Shown: piece after piece, positions 35,350 through 49,777 of the stretch | How the letters are laid out: each line of letters begins with the position of its first letter | How positions within the stretch are numbered: position 1 is the stretch's first letter | Assembly: GCA_013239625.1 (NCBI GenBank) | Contig: MU054323.1 | Span: 10,013,186-10,077,185 of the forward strand | Length of the DNA stretch: 64,000 nt | From: Lama guanicoe | Lineage: Eukaryota | Reading direction: 5' to 3' | Program-made: the position numbers and the translations under genes | Notes under the pieces: generated by a model | Database searches by the model: none | Told to the model about the DNA's origin: nothing | What the model saw: only the letters and a program-made list of their open reading frames with translations

Positions 35350-36404
35350 GTAATGTGGCCACCAGGCTGTTTCTGTGGGGATGGGATGGGAGGGGCAGTC
35401 AGGACGCCTAGTCCTTGGAGGGGTGTCCAGGAGCTGATCTGGAGCAAGGACAAAGGGCGCAGTGAGAGAAGGGACATCAGGCCATGACAGAGGCTGAGTC
35501 ACTGGGGAGGTCTGCCCTCTCTTGGGGCCTTCCTGGGTCAGCTCTGGACGGGAGGTTGGACTGCTGCTCTCTGAGCGAGAGAGACGAGACAGGGGGCACT
35601 GCCCTGGGATGTGCCCTACCCGCCACGGCCTTCATCAGAGTTCTCTGTCTGGGATCATCTCTGGGGTCGTCTCCACGTGGCTTGCTGGGGCTCCCTAGGG
35701 GCCACGTGAGGGGGCGTGTGCAGTGGGGAAGGCTCAGGAGTGTGGGGAACTCGTGGAAACACAGGCCTTGGAGGGGCTCTGCTCTGAGTCTGAGTTCTGG
35801 CTCCACCTCTTACCCTCGAGGCTGCTGGTGAGGAGTGGAGACAGGACAAGCCGTGTGTTAGCCCCGCTGCTGAACGGAGGTGACTTTGTTGATACCATTA
35901 TTATTATTATTGCAGAGGCAGTTGTGTTCCTTTCTAGAGCAGATTTCAGGCTCCTAAAACTAGGGTTTTGCCAACCACCTCCCAGACAAGGGCCCATGTT
36001 GGCCCATGTTGGCCCAGGGGCTGGCATGTCCTCAGGAGCACTGGGAGGGTGGAAAGGGCCGGTGCTTCGTGGGCAAGGCATTGAGGTGGGTCGTAGAGCG
36101 CCCAGCCCCAGGCAGGGCAGAGTGCAGAGCAATCGGGCTGGGCCCCGCACTGCTCTCCACCATGTCCTGGCGGGATGGGGCCCTGCAGCCTTTCCATCCC
36201 CAGGGGCCGGTTCCCAAGACAGCTCTGTTTCTGCCCCTGAAGCCTTGGTCTAGCAGGTTTGAGGAAAGGGGATGTAGTGGGAGCAAGTGATTGGGGGGGA
36301 CGTCTAGCTGAGCTCTGGAGAGACCTACCTCTGAAGGCCTCCCATTGCCCACAGGGCCACCTCAGAGGCACCAGACTCTGCTCACCAGTGTGGATACTTA
36401 GAAC

Positions 36405-37185
36405 TTGATTATTTATTTTATGTTCAACCTCTTGCAGACTGAAGAATGTATAAAACTCACAGTTTACTAAAGAGTTATGAAGTGAATGTCTGTGTAGCCA
36501 CCACCATCAGGTGTCAAGAAATAGAAACTCCAGACCCCTACCCCATGGACCCCTTCCTTATCGCAACCCCCCTCCCTGCCAGGGGTAATCATGTCCTCAT
36601 TTTCCCTGGCTTTTCGATAAGGTTTTCCCATCTATGTCTGCATTTCTAAACATTCCCTTTGATTTTGTCTTCCTTTGAACTTTCTATAAGCAGAATCACA
36701 CTCTACTCGGTCTTCTGTGTTTGGCTTCTGCCACTCAGCGTTACACTTTGGAGTCTTCCGTGGTGCTGAGTAGAGCACTGGTTTGTTCCCTTCCATTCCA
36801 TTCTACTGTGGAATATTCCACGACATGAAGACACCGTAACTGATGTTCCATTTTCCTTTTGGGTACTGGGATTATTTCCAGATTTTGTCCGTACCAACAG
36901 ATCTGCTGTGAACATCCTCCTACTTCCTTCTTGGGTCACACGCGCAAGGTTTTCCCCAGGATAGATACCTAGGAGTGGAAATGCTGGGCATAGGGTTTGT
37001 GTGTCTCTAACTACATTAGATAAAGCAGCCTCTTTCCCAAGCGCTCGTGCTGACTTGCACCCACCAGCCGCATGTGTTCTGCATCTCAGTAGCACTTGGT
37101 AGTGTCTGCAATCTTATTGTTTGCCAACCTTTGCAGACTGGGGAGCGTCTCACTCTGACTTTAATTTTCATTTCTGTGATTATCA
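36405..37185 (-). mobile_element. Old L1 3' fragment
   Basis: Minus-strand translation contains AFPLLGIYP and RMFTADLLV, L1 ORF2 C-terminal motifs. Confidence 0.75.
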
Positions 37186-40100
37186 GGAGGACAAGCACCT
37201 GCCCTCACCTTTCTTCTTCCCCATTTTCCTTCCATTTTGGTGCCCTCTTTCGCCTGGTCTCTCTCTCTCACTCAGCCCCCTCATCCTGCTCAGCTTCCTG
37301 ACTCCATGTTTCTTTCTGCCCTCCTGCCCCTCTGTCTCTGTCCTCCCATTCTCCTTCCTGGGGGACCAATCACTCACCCATGTTACTTCTCTGTCCTTGA
37401 TCTTTGAGCTTCAGAGAAGCTGTCTGGAGGACTGAGATTTCCACTTTGTCTCTGCTTTGAAACCTCTGGTTCTTGGCCCAACATGCCCCTCTTTCTGGGC
37501 CTTAGATAAAACAAGGACAGAAAAAAGGTGGTCCTCCCACAGAAGCCATCTCAGTTTCCCAGGCAAAACCTGCTGTATGCCCTGGAGAGGCACATGTAAG
37601 ATTCTAGCTCTTGGTCAAGGAGAGTTGGCTTTTTCCTGGGGCCACTGGGAGGAGGATGGAGCTGGTGTCTGAAGTTTTCTGAGCTTCTTGCAGGGAGACA
37701 TTTGTCAAGAGCCCTTTCCTGGAATATGATAGACATTTAGATGCTAGGCATGGTCAAAACAACTTTGCTGAGACTCTGATGGAAAAAGATATTTTATTTC
37801 TTCCCAGTCCCTTCTGATTCTCTGGTACCTGTAAGTGTTCACAGACTGCAGTTTGGAGATTGGAGTTCCAGATACTGAGATGGGGTCTCTGAATAGCCAA
37901 ACCATGCAGAAAGCATTCTGGGGACAGTGGACCGAGTCACTTCTGGTTCAAGACTCTAGGACCATGCTCAAGCTCTAGGATAACTCATTCCTGATCACGG
38001 GAATCTCAGGGTGGGTGGCAAATCTTAGCCAATGGCTATGGAATTTCAGGCAAGATTTTCCTCAATGGCACCCAGCCCCACCAAGGACCTTAGTTCTCAG
38101 GAAGGCACTGTCATGGCTCTGACCGGGCTCTGCAGTGTTGGGTGACCATTTTGGGGAGGTGTTGGTGGGAGTTTGGAGAAGGAGGCTTTCCTCCTAGCCC
38201 TGCTCAGGGCCTTGTCAGCCGATGGCCAGTGTGATGCCTGCAGGGATGTGGGCTCTGGGTAGGCATGGCTCTTGATGGTCAGGATGAATCCCTCTTTTAA
38301 CAGCAGGAGGTTAGCTGAGCTTCATGAGCCCTTGCAGCTCGGAATTTAGTGGCAGGGGAAGAAGATAAAGGCGCATCCTGTTCTCACAGTGTGAAACGTT
38401 GTTAAATTACTAGCTCAGGTTCTGATCTCTAATTTATATTTGCATCAACATGATACACAAGAGTGGGGGCAGGCTCTGAAGATTTGGGATTTTGTAAATT
38501 TAGAGATATGTTACAGACCCTTTGTCACTAGGTCCGTCACTTGCCTAAGGTGCCTTTGTGTGAATTAGAAAAAGAAGCCTCTTTCTCAAGACACTATTTT
38601 TGTTCATCAGAGAAGGACTATAATAAATGTTCAAATCTGCAGTGTCTACAGTGTGAATGGTGGCCCCTTAATGATGACGCCCTTGTGCAGTGCCCAACCT
38701 GAACAGTCAAACAGGGCAGCCCTGCTTCTCTCCTACCTTCACTGTTTTTCCTACACAGCTTAAATAAACCTTTCTCTCCCGCATAGGCTTTCCTATGTCT
38801 TTGAGACCAATGATTCTCATGTCAGAATTCCTGGGGGTGGGAGGGGGGAGCTGTTTCAAATGTCATAGACCTAGACTTCTTACTATGCTCTCTCTTCCCC
38901 TCCCTACTCCACCCATCCCCCCAAACACACACAGCTTTTACAGATTGAAGACCACATTCCTCCACTGTGTCAGGCACAAAAACCGATGAAAAGCACTGCT
39001 TTGGGGTCTTGGCCGTGAGATCCATCCTGTCCCAGGGGGTCACTGAGATGCAGGCATGTCCTGCCCAGCCTGCCTCCTGCTCACCCAAGGAAACTTCTAA
39101 AGATATTCGGCTCCACCAGGCAGCACCTCCACGTGGCCACCCAGCCTCAGCCAGTCCTCTTAACTTCTTGGCTCAAAGACTTTCAAAAAAGACATTTCCC
39201 TTTCCTTGAACATCTGAACCCACACAGTAAAGTTGTTGTTAAACAAACGATCACATTAATAGCCACTGTTTACTGAGTACTTGCCAGGGGTCATGCTTGT
39301 ATGAAGAGCTTTTCCTATTTTACTGAATACTCGCAATAACTGTGTGATAGACAGTGTTATTTCCAGAACAGTTGAATGGAGGCTCAAAGAAGTTTAAGAA
39401 TGTGCTGTGTGCTGGGAGACGTTCAGGGGGTGGACTTTAATTCAGATCTGTTGACTCCTAAGTGTTCGCTGTGAGACACTGTGCTCTGCTGTCTCCGAGA
39501 GCAGAGCCTCAGCTCTGATGCTTCTACTGGTCACTCTGTGGCCTTGATCCAGTTACTTCACCTCCATGGGCCTCAGTCTTCTTATCTATGACAGGAAGAC
39601 AATAATATCTGCCTTGCTGCTCAATCTCAAATGTTAAGTAGCATAATATTTGGCACCACCTAGCCCAGGGCCTGGCACCTGGCAGCATGGACTTAAGAAA
39701 TGTGAGTTTCCTTCACTTGGTTTCTTCTCAATGAGATCATCTGTAAAGATGTGCTTTAATTTTGATTTCTCCATTCATTCATGCTACAAGCAGTTCATGA
39801 GAGTTATTACTATGTGCCAGGGACTGTGTTTGGTATTTTGTAAATTCCCATGGAATACCAGAAATTAACACAACATTGTAAATCGACTATACTTCAATAA
39901 AATTAATTAATTAATCAATCCCCACGGCCCTGTTAGCTGACCTGCACCTGATACTGTCTGGAGGACAGAGGGGTTACAGGAATACTGACCTCCCTGCCCC
40001 TGGATGGCAAGGGAGCTAGTAGGTGTGGCTCCAGAGCTGGTTAAGGGGCTCAGGAAAGGAGCAGGTACGAGAGGGGTGCCACTTCATCTGTGTACTGCCT

Positions 40101-43100
40101 CTTGCTGGCCCATGTGCCAGTCACAGGGGGAGCCAGTGGCAGTGGGGAGGGGGATCCTTGGATGCCTCTGACAGAGGGTCTCGTGGGTGTGGGTATCAGT
40201 CTCCTGGTTCAGGATGGAGATGGCTCTTGGGACTACCAGCTCCAGGAGTGGCTGAGTCCTTATCTGGAAGTTAAGAGTTGTTGTGGAAATCAGTCCACCC
40301 CCAAGGTAACAAAGATGGAGGCATCTGGCTGGGGTTGGGGTGAGAAAAGAAATAGATTTTTTTCCCCCTGGAATCAGATACACCATATTCCAGAACTTCC
40401 TTGCTCTCATGCTTGGCAGTCTTACCTCCTAGTTCATGGACAGTGTCAAAGCCTTCCGGCCCGCTCCCTCTGGACTTCCCTAGGCTGCCCACCTCCTGCC
40501 CCCGTGACCCCCTGCCTGTGCCCTTCTCCCCTGTCCCGTTAGTTCTGGGATCCTGTACCACCAGTCCCCCTGCCTCCTTCCATGTCTTCAGCCTTTCCCT
40601 TCTGGCTCTTCCTCCTCTAGCCACAAGAATGCTCCAGTAGGTCCTATCCTTAAACACAGAGAACAAACAAGCACACACCACCACCTTCCCCACCCTCAGC
40701 CCTCCTCAGCTGCCACCTACCGCCCCCCCACCCCCCGTCCAGCATTTCTAGAGTGATCTGTTCTCATTGTCTCTACCTCATATGCTCCTCAACAGCACCT
40801 TCCTGGGGCCTCCGGGTCCCCACATGCAGAAATTGCTGTCACTAACCTGGACGATTCCCCCATGGCCATAGCCAGTGGGCTTTTCTCAGTCCTGACCCCA
40901 CCCGACCGCTGCCATGCGGACACTTCTGCTCACTCTCTGCTCTCTGTTTTCCTGGTACCCCTCCCTGGGCTCCCAGACTGCCCTTGCTCTCCCTCTTCTC
41001 TCTCGGGGCCAGGTCTTCCCACTGACAACCTCGGCTCCAAATGGCTTAAGTCACTGGTTACCGGGGTCTCCTGGGCATGTCTCTGGCCCAGACTTCCCTC
41101 TTTTGAGTCTCAGACTAGCTGCTTTCTAGATGAATTCACCTGGGGTCCTGGAGGAGCCACACACCAACCTGCCCAAACTAGGACTCATTGTCTCTCCCGG
41201 GCAGGCACCTCCTCCTGTGTCACCATCTCGGCAGCTGATGGCACGTTGTCCTGTAGCCTCCACGCCAGAACCCTGGACGCAAGCTGGACTCCCCTCAACT
41301 CCCCTGATCTAATCTGTCTCCCAGTCCTGTTGACTTGGCTCCAATTATTTCCCTGACCTGCCCCATCCCCCCATATGAACCACTTCTGCCCCGAATCAGA
41401 CTCTTCTCCCCTCTCTCCAGGATTATTTCTACAACCTCCTGCCCTGCCCACCCAAACCCATCCTCCACCTGCTGCTGTGGCCTCGTTCATGGCAGTAACA
41501 CTAACACCACGGGATATTGATTGCTTGCTAGGGGCCAGGCTCAGCACTCAGTGATTTTTCTATTTTATTCAATGAAATATTGAAGTGGAGTAGGCAATAT
41601 CCCCATTTTTGCATTTAAAGAAACTGCTGCTCAGAGAAGTTTGGTGACATGTCTGTGGTACACAGCTCACAGGTGTTGGAATTTAGTCTCATTTACCTTT
41701 GTATCTTAGAACCTCACATATGGTTGAATGAGTGAGTGCATCTCAGACTTTCAGTGATAGACTGAACCCAGGAGGTCAGAGTCCAGTAGGTCACCTAAGA
41801 ACATCCTGAGTTGTCCCTGGGGGTCTGTGGGATGGGCTACCTCCTGTGGGGGAGGGGAAGGGGTGTGTATGATGAACAGAGGGGTGGGTGGGTGACTGTC
41901 CTCAAGGAGACACCTGGGATACAGGAAGGGGTATTCTCTTCAGTCTAAACTCTGACAATAACTAGTGGCAAATGTTGGTTAAGTACATATATTTTCTGTG
42001 CCTAGTCCAGAGGCTGGGCTCATGTCTCTAAGTCTCAGTCCTAAAATTTTGTCAAAAGCTTCCTTCCCTGGGAAGTCCATCCTAGGTCCCCTTTGAGAGA
42101 TTTGCATGAAAACAAGGGCAGATGATATCATTCCTCTGCTTGAAATCTTAGAGCTCCCCTTGCCTGCAAGACAAGCCCAGACTTGACAGAGCTCTGCACT
42201 TCTCTCTGTACTGGCTCTCACCCGTCTGCCTAGTCTTGGCCCTCCTGCCAAACCTCAAACTCTCAGGTCCTGTCTGTCCTCCACGCCTTTGCTCAGTTTC
42301 CTCAGCCTGGAATGCCTTTCCCACTTCCCTGCCCACTAGTTCCTGCTTCCTTCCAGGCCGAGCCAGAATGCAGCTTTTCCATGGAAGTTCTCCAGGTGCC
42401 AAGTCAGATGGCACTGCCTTCCTCCCTATGCGCCCATCCTTGCTCACGACCAGGATGGACCTCACTCTACCAGTCCCTGCACAGCAGGTGTTCACTGCGC
42501 AGTGTGGACTCGCTCTGAGTACCGCTGGGGACCGAGGGCCCTCCTAGTTTGGGCCCCTTACCCTTTAGACATGTCTGTCTACTCCTTGGGAGGGGTGCCT
42601 GTGTCACCTGGGTCTGTCTTGTAGGAATGGAGGGCAGGCCCCTGTTAACTTTGAAGACAGTGTGGCTGTGCTTGGGTGTGCATGTGTGTGGGTGTGTGTG
42701 GGGTGGGGGGAGGAGGAGGGAGAGTTCAGACCTGATGTTAGTGATTGTCTACCAGCAATGGTACTAAATCACTTTTGTACATGATTTCATTTAATCCTAA
42801 CAAAAGCCTTTGTTCGGACACTTTCAGATGAAGAAATCAAAGCTCAGAGGAATGAAGTAACCTTCCCAAGTTAATTCAAGAGGGCAAGGGCAGGGTTCCA
42901 ACCCAGCCGTGTCTGACCTCAAGGCAAAGTTCCAGGTGTCCCGAGGTGGACGTTCAGGAGCGGACTGGATGGGGGTGTGAGGTGCGAGGGGTGCCCAGAT
43001 CTGAGGCCGCTCTTCAGAGAGTATTTCAGTGGGTGACGTATTTTGGGTTCAAACACTAGGTTTGGTAACTCTGCCATCTTTCTCCCCTCCCCTTGACATG

Positions 43101-44331
43101 GCACTATGGTTCCCAGCAGACACATCAGGGCAGACGAGCTCTCTGAAGTACTGGAACCCATGTCCCAGGATTGGGGGCCGATCCTGTCCCTGGCCTCCCT
43201 GCTCTGATCCCTCCTACCCCCTCAGAGTCTGGTCCTCCTGCCTGAGGGCTGTTCTTCTGGGAACCAGGCTCTGCCCAGCTCCCCAGGAAGCGCGATGGAC
43301 CCGGAGTGGGGCACTGGCTCCCTGTGGGCTGTGCAAGGCACAGGGTGGTTGGGATTTTGACCTTGGGGTTGACATTCATTCCTGGGACAGTCCCAGTGTT
43401 CCTTTCCCTTCCACTTGAAACCTGAGTCCCTTCTGTCGCCTTTCTTCATTCCTGTGGTGCTGGTCACCATGGACCCTCTTAAGCCATAGCTTTACTGGAA
43501 GGAGTGGACAACAGTCAGTTATCTCTGGCTACCCCATTCCCTGAGCAGGGAAACTGAGGAAGAGGGTGGAGGAGCCAACCACCTTGGGTGATCCAGAACA
43601 TCTGGGGCTGAGGATGGAATCCTGTCAGCCCTTCAGGTCAAGGACCGGCTGTTCCAATAGGGGACAGTTACTCCTTGGTGCCCAGGACAGTGTGGGGTCA
43701 AACGGGGGGTGCAATGAATTGTGCCTCAGGGGTCAGCACTATGTACTGTCCATGCCAAACCCAAAGCTTTGTCCACATTTGGAATGGGATTTCTGATTCT
43801 GGTTTTTATAGTTTGGACCTAGATCTTTAAGTTCCCACCAGGTCCCGGGGACATGCCACCCACTGCTCTCACACAAGATACAAGACATGGTTGTTTGCCT
43901 ACACGGCTGTGGCTACTTCCTCTTGGGCAGGCACTGGGGAGGTCCTGTGTGTAGACCCTGAGGGCCAGAGGGGTCAAAGGTGTGGACACAGGTGGGGAGA
44001 GGCCTGAAAGGGGCTCTGCCTGTGGCTTGGCTGGGCAAGCTATGGAGTGGATCCAGGTCTCCCTTCTGTACCACTGGTGTCCCTCAGGCCATGGAGTGAT
44101 GCAGCCAGTGTCTGTCTCCTGACGAAGCTGTGGAGAGTGGGGCGGGGGTGGTCTTGCTCAGAAGGTGCCACTGACCCTCATGCTATCTGTGCTCTCAAGC
44201 AGCCCCACATCTTCTCTTTAGCCTCCTGGAGGTGATCCCTTTGGGGAAACTGAGGCAGCAATACCACTTTAACAGCCGATGGTGAGAAACAGGGCTGGGA
44301 TCTTCTTAGAAAGAGAATCTGAACTATAGCC

Positions 44332-44528
44332 CAGTGGTTCTCAATCCTGTTTGAACATAAATATCACTCAGGAGTTTAGAAACAAAACAAAACAAAAATC
44401 CCCAAACAGATCCCTGTGGCCTGCTCCCTAGAAGACGCTACTTCAGTAAGGGGCCTGGGCCGAGGCCTGGGAATCTGTCATTTTAATCAGTTCCCAAACA
44501 ATTCGGATCTGCAGCTGAGGCTGAGAAT
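44332..44528. mobile_element. MER5-like hAT DNA transposon remnant
   Basis: cagtggttctcaatcct start; ggcctgggaatctgtcattttaatcagttccc; ctgagaa end. Confidence 0.65.
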
Positions 44529-45976
44529 AAGGCCTGTAGCTAAAGATTGTTCTTCCAGGTGTAATTCGCTTAGAAAGTCTACGCTCAGTTTGAAACGGGG
44601 AAGCAGGGGTCTGTGGGGCCTGCAGCTCTTGCTGCCCCTGAAGCCTGGACTCCAGCGTTGTTTGCTTTAATTCAGCCATGGAAGGTCTGTCCTGCTGAAC
44701 TTTGCTGGAAGCAGCCACCTTGCCGGTCTCTTGAGTCTCCTTCCCGGCTTGGTGGGGCAAGGGGTGGAGTGTTGGGACCTGTAGGATAGAATCTTCCTCC
44801 ACATTGCTCGGGAGAAGTGCCGTGTCCCTCGGCTATTCCTGGCTGCTTGTAGCTACCAAGTGGCCAAATCCTTATCCCAGTAGTGAGCAGACAGAGCTGC
44901 CTTCTCCCTGGCTGAGGTCGTTGTCAGTGCGACCAGGCAAAGGCTGGGCTGGGGCTGGGCTGGCTGGGCTGGGCTGGAACCTCTGTTTGGCCAGAAGGGT
45001 TGCTAGGAGCTGCTCTGCCTTCTGGGCCTGGGTGGGGACGTGGTGGGCTGGCTTTCAGATAGAAGGCAGGTTTTCTCAGTTCCTGAGTTGGGATTTATTG
45101 CTTGGCCAAAGGAAGTTGTCACTGCCTCCTGCCCTGTCCCCAGTGATATCTCTCAAGTAGAAACTGGGAGATTTGGGAGATGCGGTCTTTACCTCTGATG
45201 TCATCACTGATCAGCTTGGTGGTCCACCTCCCTACCTGTCAGGGTGAAAATGAGTCACTGTTATCTCAGCAGAGAATTTATAAAGTTGTGTGAAGTCACA
45301 GAGTCTGTGGTGGGACCCTGTCACTTCAGGGTGCCACCCTGAAGTGAGGGTCAAGGGCAGGAGCTGATGATGACCCCAGAGTTTTAAGGGAGGCTGGGAA
45401 AGGGCTTGGGGTGCTCAAGCGGTTGGCTCAGGACAAGGAAATAGCTGAGAGAGTCTGAGTCTGGCTTGGTCAACAAAGTGAGAATGAAGGCTGGGAACTT
45501 CATGCAGATGGAGAGCGGTGCATTTGAGAGAAAACTAGGGAGCGGTCTCTGGGGAGACCCCACCGCACACTGAGAAGCCGGGTCACAGGCTTGACACTCA
45601 ACAGGAGCTTCCAGGGCAGCTGGCAGAGTCATGAGGGAAACAGAAATTTGTGGGGAAACAAAGCGTCAGATAAACGTGATGAACTCCACCTTCCCCAGCA
45701 CCCTAATGTGTCTATGCCGAAGCCAAAGCTGTGAGCAAAGCCAGGTTCGCAGGTTTCGCGGACACTCTGGGCGGTGAGCTCTGCCTCTAGTCACACGGCC
45801 TTGGTCCCTGGAGGCTCTGAAGTGCCTGAGAGGGCAGATGTTAGACAAGTGTCCTTCAGTCTAGTGGCAGCTTTCTTCACTACAAGAATGCTTTAGCTCC
45901 TGCCGGGCTTCCTGCGAAGTGGTTCAAAATGTGCTTGGTATTTGTACTGACTTCTCTCTGCCTCTCCCCATCCCAG

Positions 45977-46088
45977 GTCCCCGGATGTTACAGGTTGGGG
46001 CCATCTGGCTGCCCAAGGATTGTACTCACGGCCCAGAAAGTAGCTGCTGCCTCTGGACAGCCTCCCAGACGCCTTCTCCACCCAGGGC
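45977..46088 (+). other. TOGARAM2: 5'UTR part of the TOGARAM2 start-codon exon
   Basis: Strong acceptor ctgacttctctctgcctctccccatcccAG ending 45976; in-frame TAG at 46041 upstream of the ATG. Confidence 0.8.
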
Positions 46089-46116
46089 ATGGGCACCCGT
46101 GATGCTGTCCCTCCTG
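46089..46116 (+). CDS. TOGARAM2: TOGARAM2 (FAM179A/crescerin-2) first coding exon (MGTRDAVPP)
   Basis: Strong Kozak ggcATGg; CTG|GTAAGG donor; matches recalled N-terminus MGTRD. Confidence 0.9.
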
Positions 46117-47006
46117 GTAAGGGCCACCAAGGGAAGTCAGGGGGCTTAGGGTCTTACTCGGATACTCCCAGGGGCTGCACTCTGCCTGGGAAATGTAGCC
46201 GGGCGGCCAACCTTTTTGCCCGGGCCCAGCGCTCCGTGGGCTGATGCTGGATCCCGTGCTTAGCCTCCTGTCGGGGTGGGGAAGGGCTCCCTCGCCTGGT
46301 TCTGGTCGCCTTGGCCTGAGCTTTGCCTCCACCATCTGAGCTGGTGGGCTGACTGAGGAGCTGACTGTAGTGTTTGGCGTGTTCCGTGGTGGGAGGATGA
46401 GGATGGGCAGAGGATGCAGGGCTGGGGCCTCAGGGAGGGCTGGGTGTCCCCATTGCCTCAGCTGACAGGGCAGGAGAGTGGGAACAGAGGGGCCGGCTCT
46501 ATATCAGGAGACAGGGTTCCAGGCCTGGTGCTGCCCCGGGGAGCCGGCTGTGTGAGCCTCAGTTTCCTCTGGAGAGTGAGGGGATCAGGAGGTCCTGGCC
46601 CAGATGGAGTGGGTGTCTGTGAGGTGGAGGGCCGCTTGTCCCTGGAGGGACTGGAGCAGGGGCCCAACAGCCCCTTGGGAGGAAGGTGGAGAACATGGAA
46701 TGGCAGAGCAATTCAGGAAATGGTCCTTGTGCTCAGGGCAGAGCCCCGGGGGCTCTGATATATGACTGTGAAAATACCTGCACAGTTTAGTGCTGCACCA
46801 GATCCTACCTGACGTTAGATAGTTGTAAGGAAGTGGAAGGTGCTGAAGGCTTAAGAAAAATCTAGAAGTCTGGATTTTTCTGGGCCTTGGTGCCCTGGCC
46901 GATTGGGGCTGGGGTGGCAAGCCCCCACCTGAGGGCCAGGCTCTGGTTTGCAGGCCAGGCTGCCTGGGGTAGTCTGTTCCCCAGTCCTGGCCCCAGTGGA
47001 CTCTAA

Positions 47007-47495
<489 letters not shown>

Positions 47496-47498
47496 TAG

Positions 47499-48200
<702 letters not shown>

Positions 48201-48497
48201 TGATCATGTTCTTCCTCCCTTCCCACCAGCTATCCTTAAAACCACCCAGTGGTTTTCAGATGGACACAGGACTAGAACCCGCTGTCCTCACTCCTAATCC
48301 AGTACCGATTTTGTTTCCCTTTCTACCCAACCTGCCTCTGAATTTTCAACTGATGACTTTGATTGACATTTTCCACCACATTTTACAGGAATGGAAAGAA
48401 TACTCAGCACCGTCTGCTGGCGCAGTCTAGTGGTGGGGGTGGTGTTGGGGGCAGATCTGCCCTTACCTCCCCCTTCCCCCTCTCCCCAGGACATTAG

Positions 48498-49025
<528 letters not shown>

Positions 49026-49119
49026 TGACCGCCTGTCCTACCCTTGGTGGTTCCCAAGCCTCTCTGGTCTGAATGTTTCAGAATTCCTCATGCTTCCAAC
49101 TCTCCTTGTTTTCAGTAAG

Positions 49120-49310
49120 GGAGTGTGGCTGAGGGGAAAGAATGCTGGGCTGGGACTCAGGAGATTTGAGCTCTGGTTTCCACTCTGCCCTTCACTGGCT
49201 GTGTGACCTTGGGAAGGTCACTCCCCTCTCTGGGCCCCAGTTTACACTAAAAAGAGGAGATTGGACCAGATGTTTTTTAGGATCCCTTTCAGCTCTGATG
49301 TTCTAGGATT
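49120..49310 (+). mobile_element. MIR SINE
   Basis: MIR core cactggctgtgtgaccttgggaaggtcactcccctctctgggccccagtt. Confidence 0.7.
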
Positions 49311-49585
49311 TTCTGAAATGAGAAGAACAGAAAAACAAATAATAATAACAGCAGAAGGGGTTGGAGTAGGAATGAGGGGACCACTTCTTGCCTGAAATGG
49401 AAAGGAAACAATGAACCGGGGTCCCCGGGGTTGTGTGGCTGGAAAGAGAGACCAGAGGACACTTGCTGGCACCACTGCCCAGGTGGCTCCTGATAGAAGG
49501 GACTGCTCTGTGAGAGGGGCCTGGGAGGTGAGCATCCAGGCTGGAATGTTTCATGGACCAGATTCTCCCCTACCTCCACTCCTAG

Positions 49586-49777
<192 letters not shown>

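Noticed and set aside
35991..36015. ggcccatgtt tandem repeat (similar short duplication at 56686-56710)
   Set aside because: Ordinary slippage-scale duplications without further structure
34851..36371. Long ORFs (up to 208 aa) on both strands
   Set aside because: Expected in GC-rich, stop-poor DNA; mutually overlapping, with no recognisable domains
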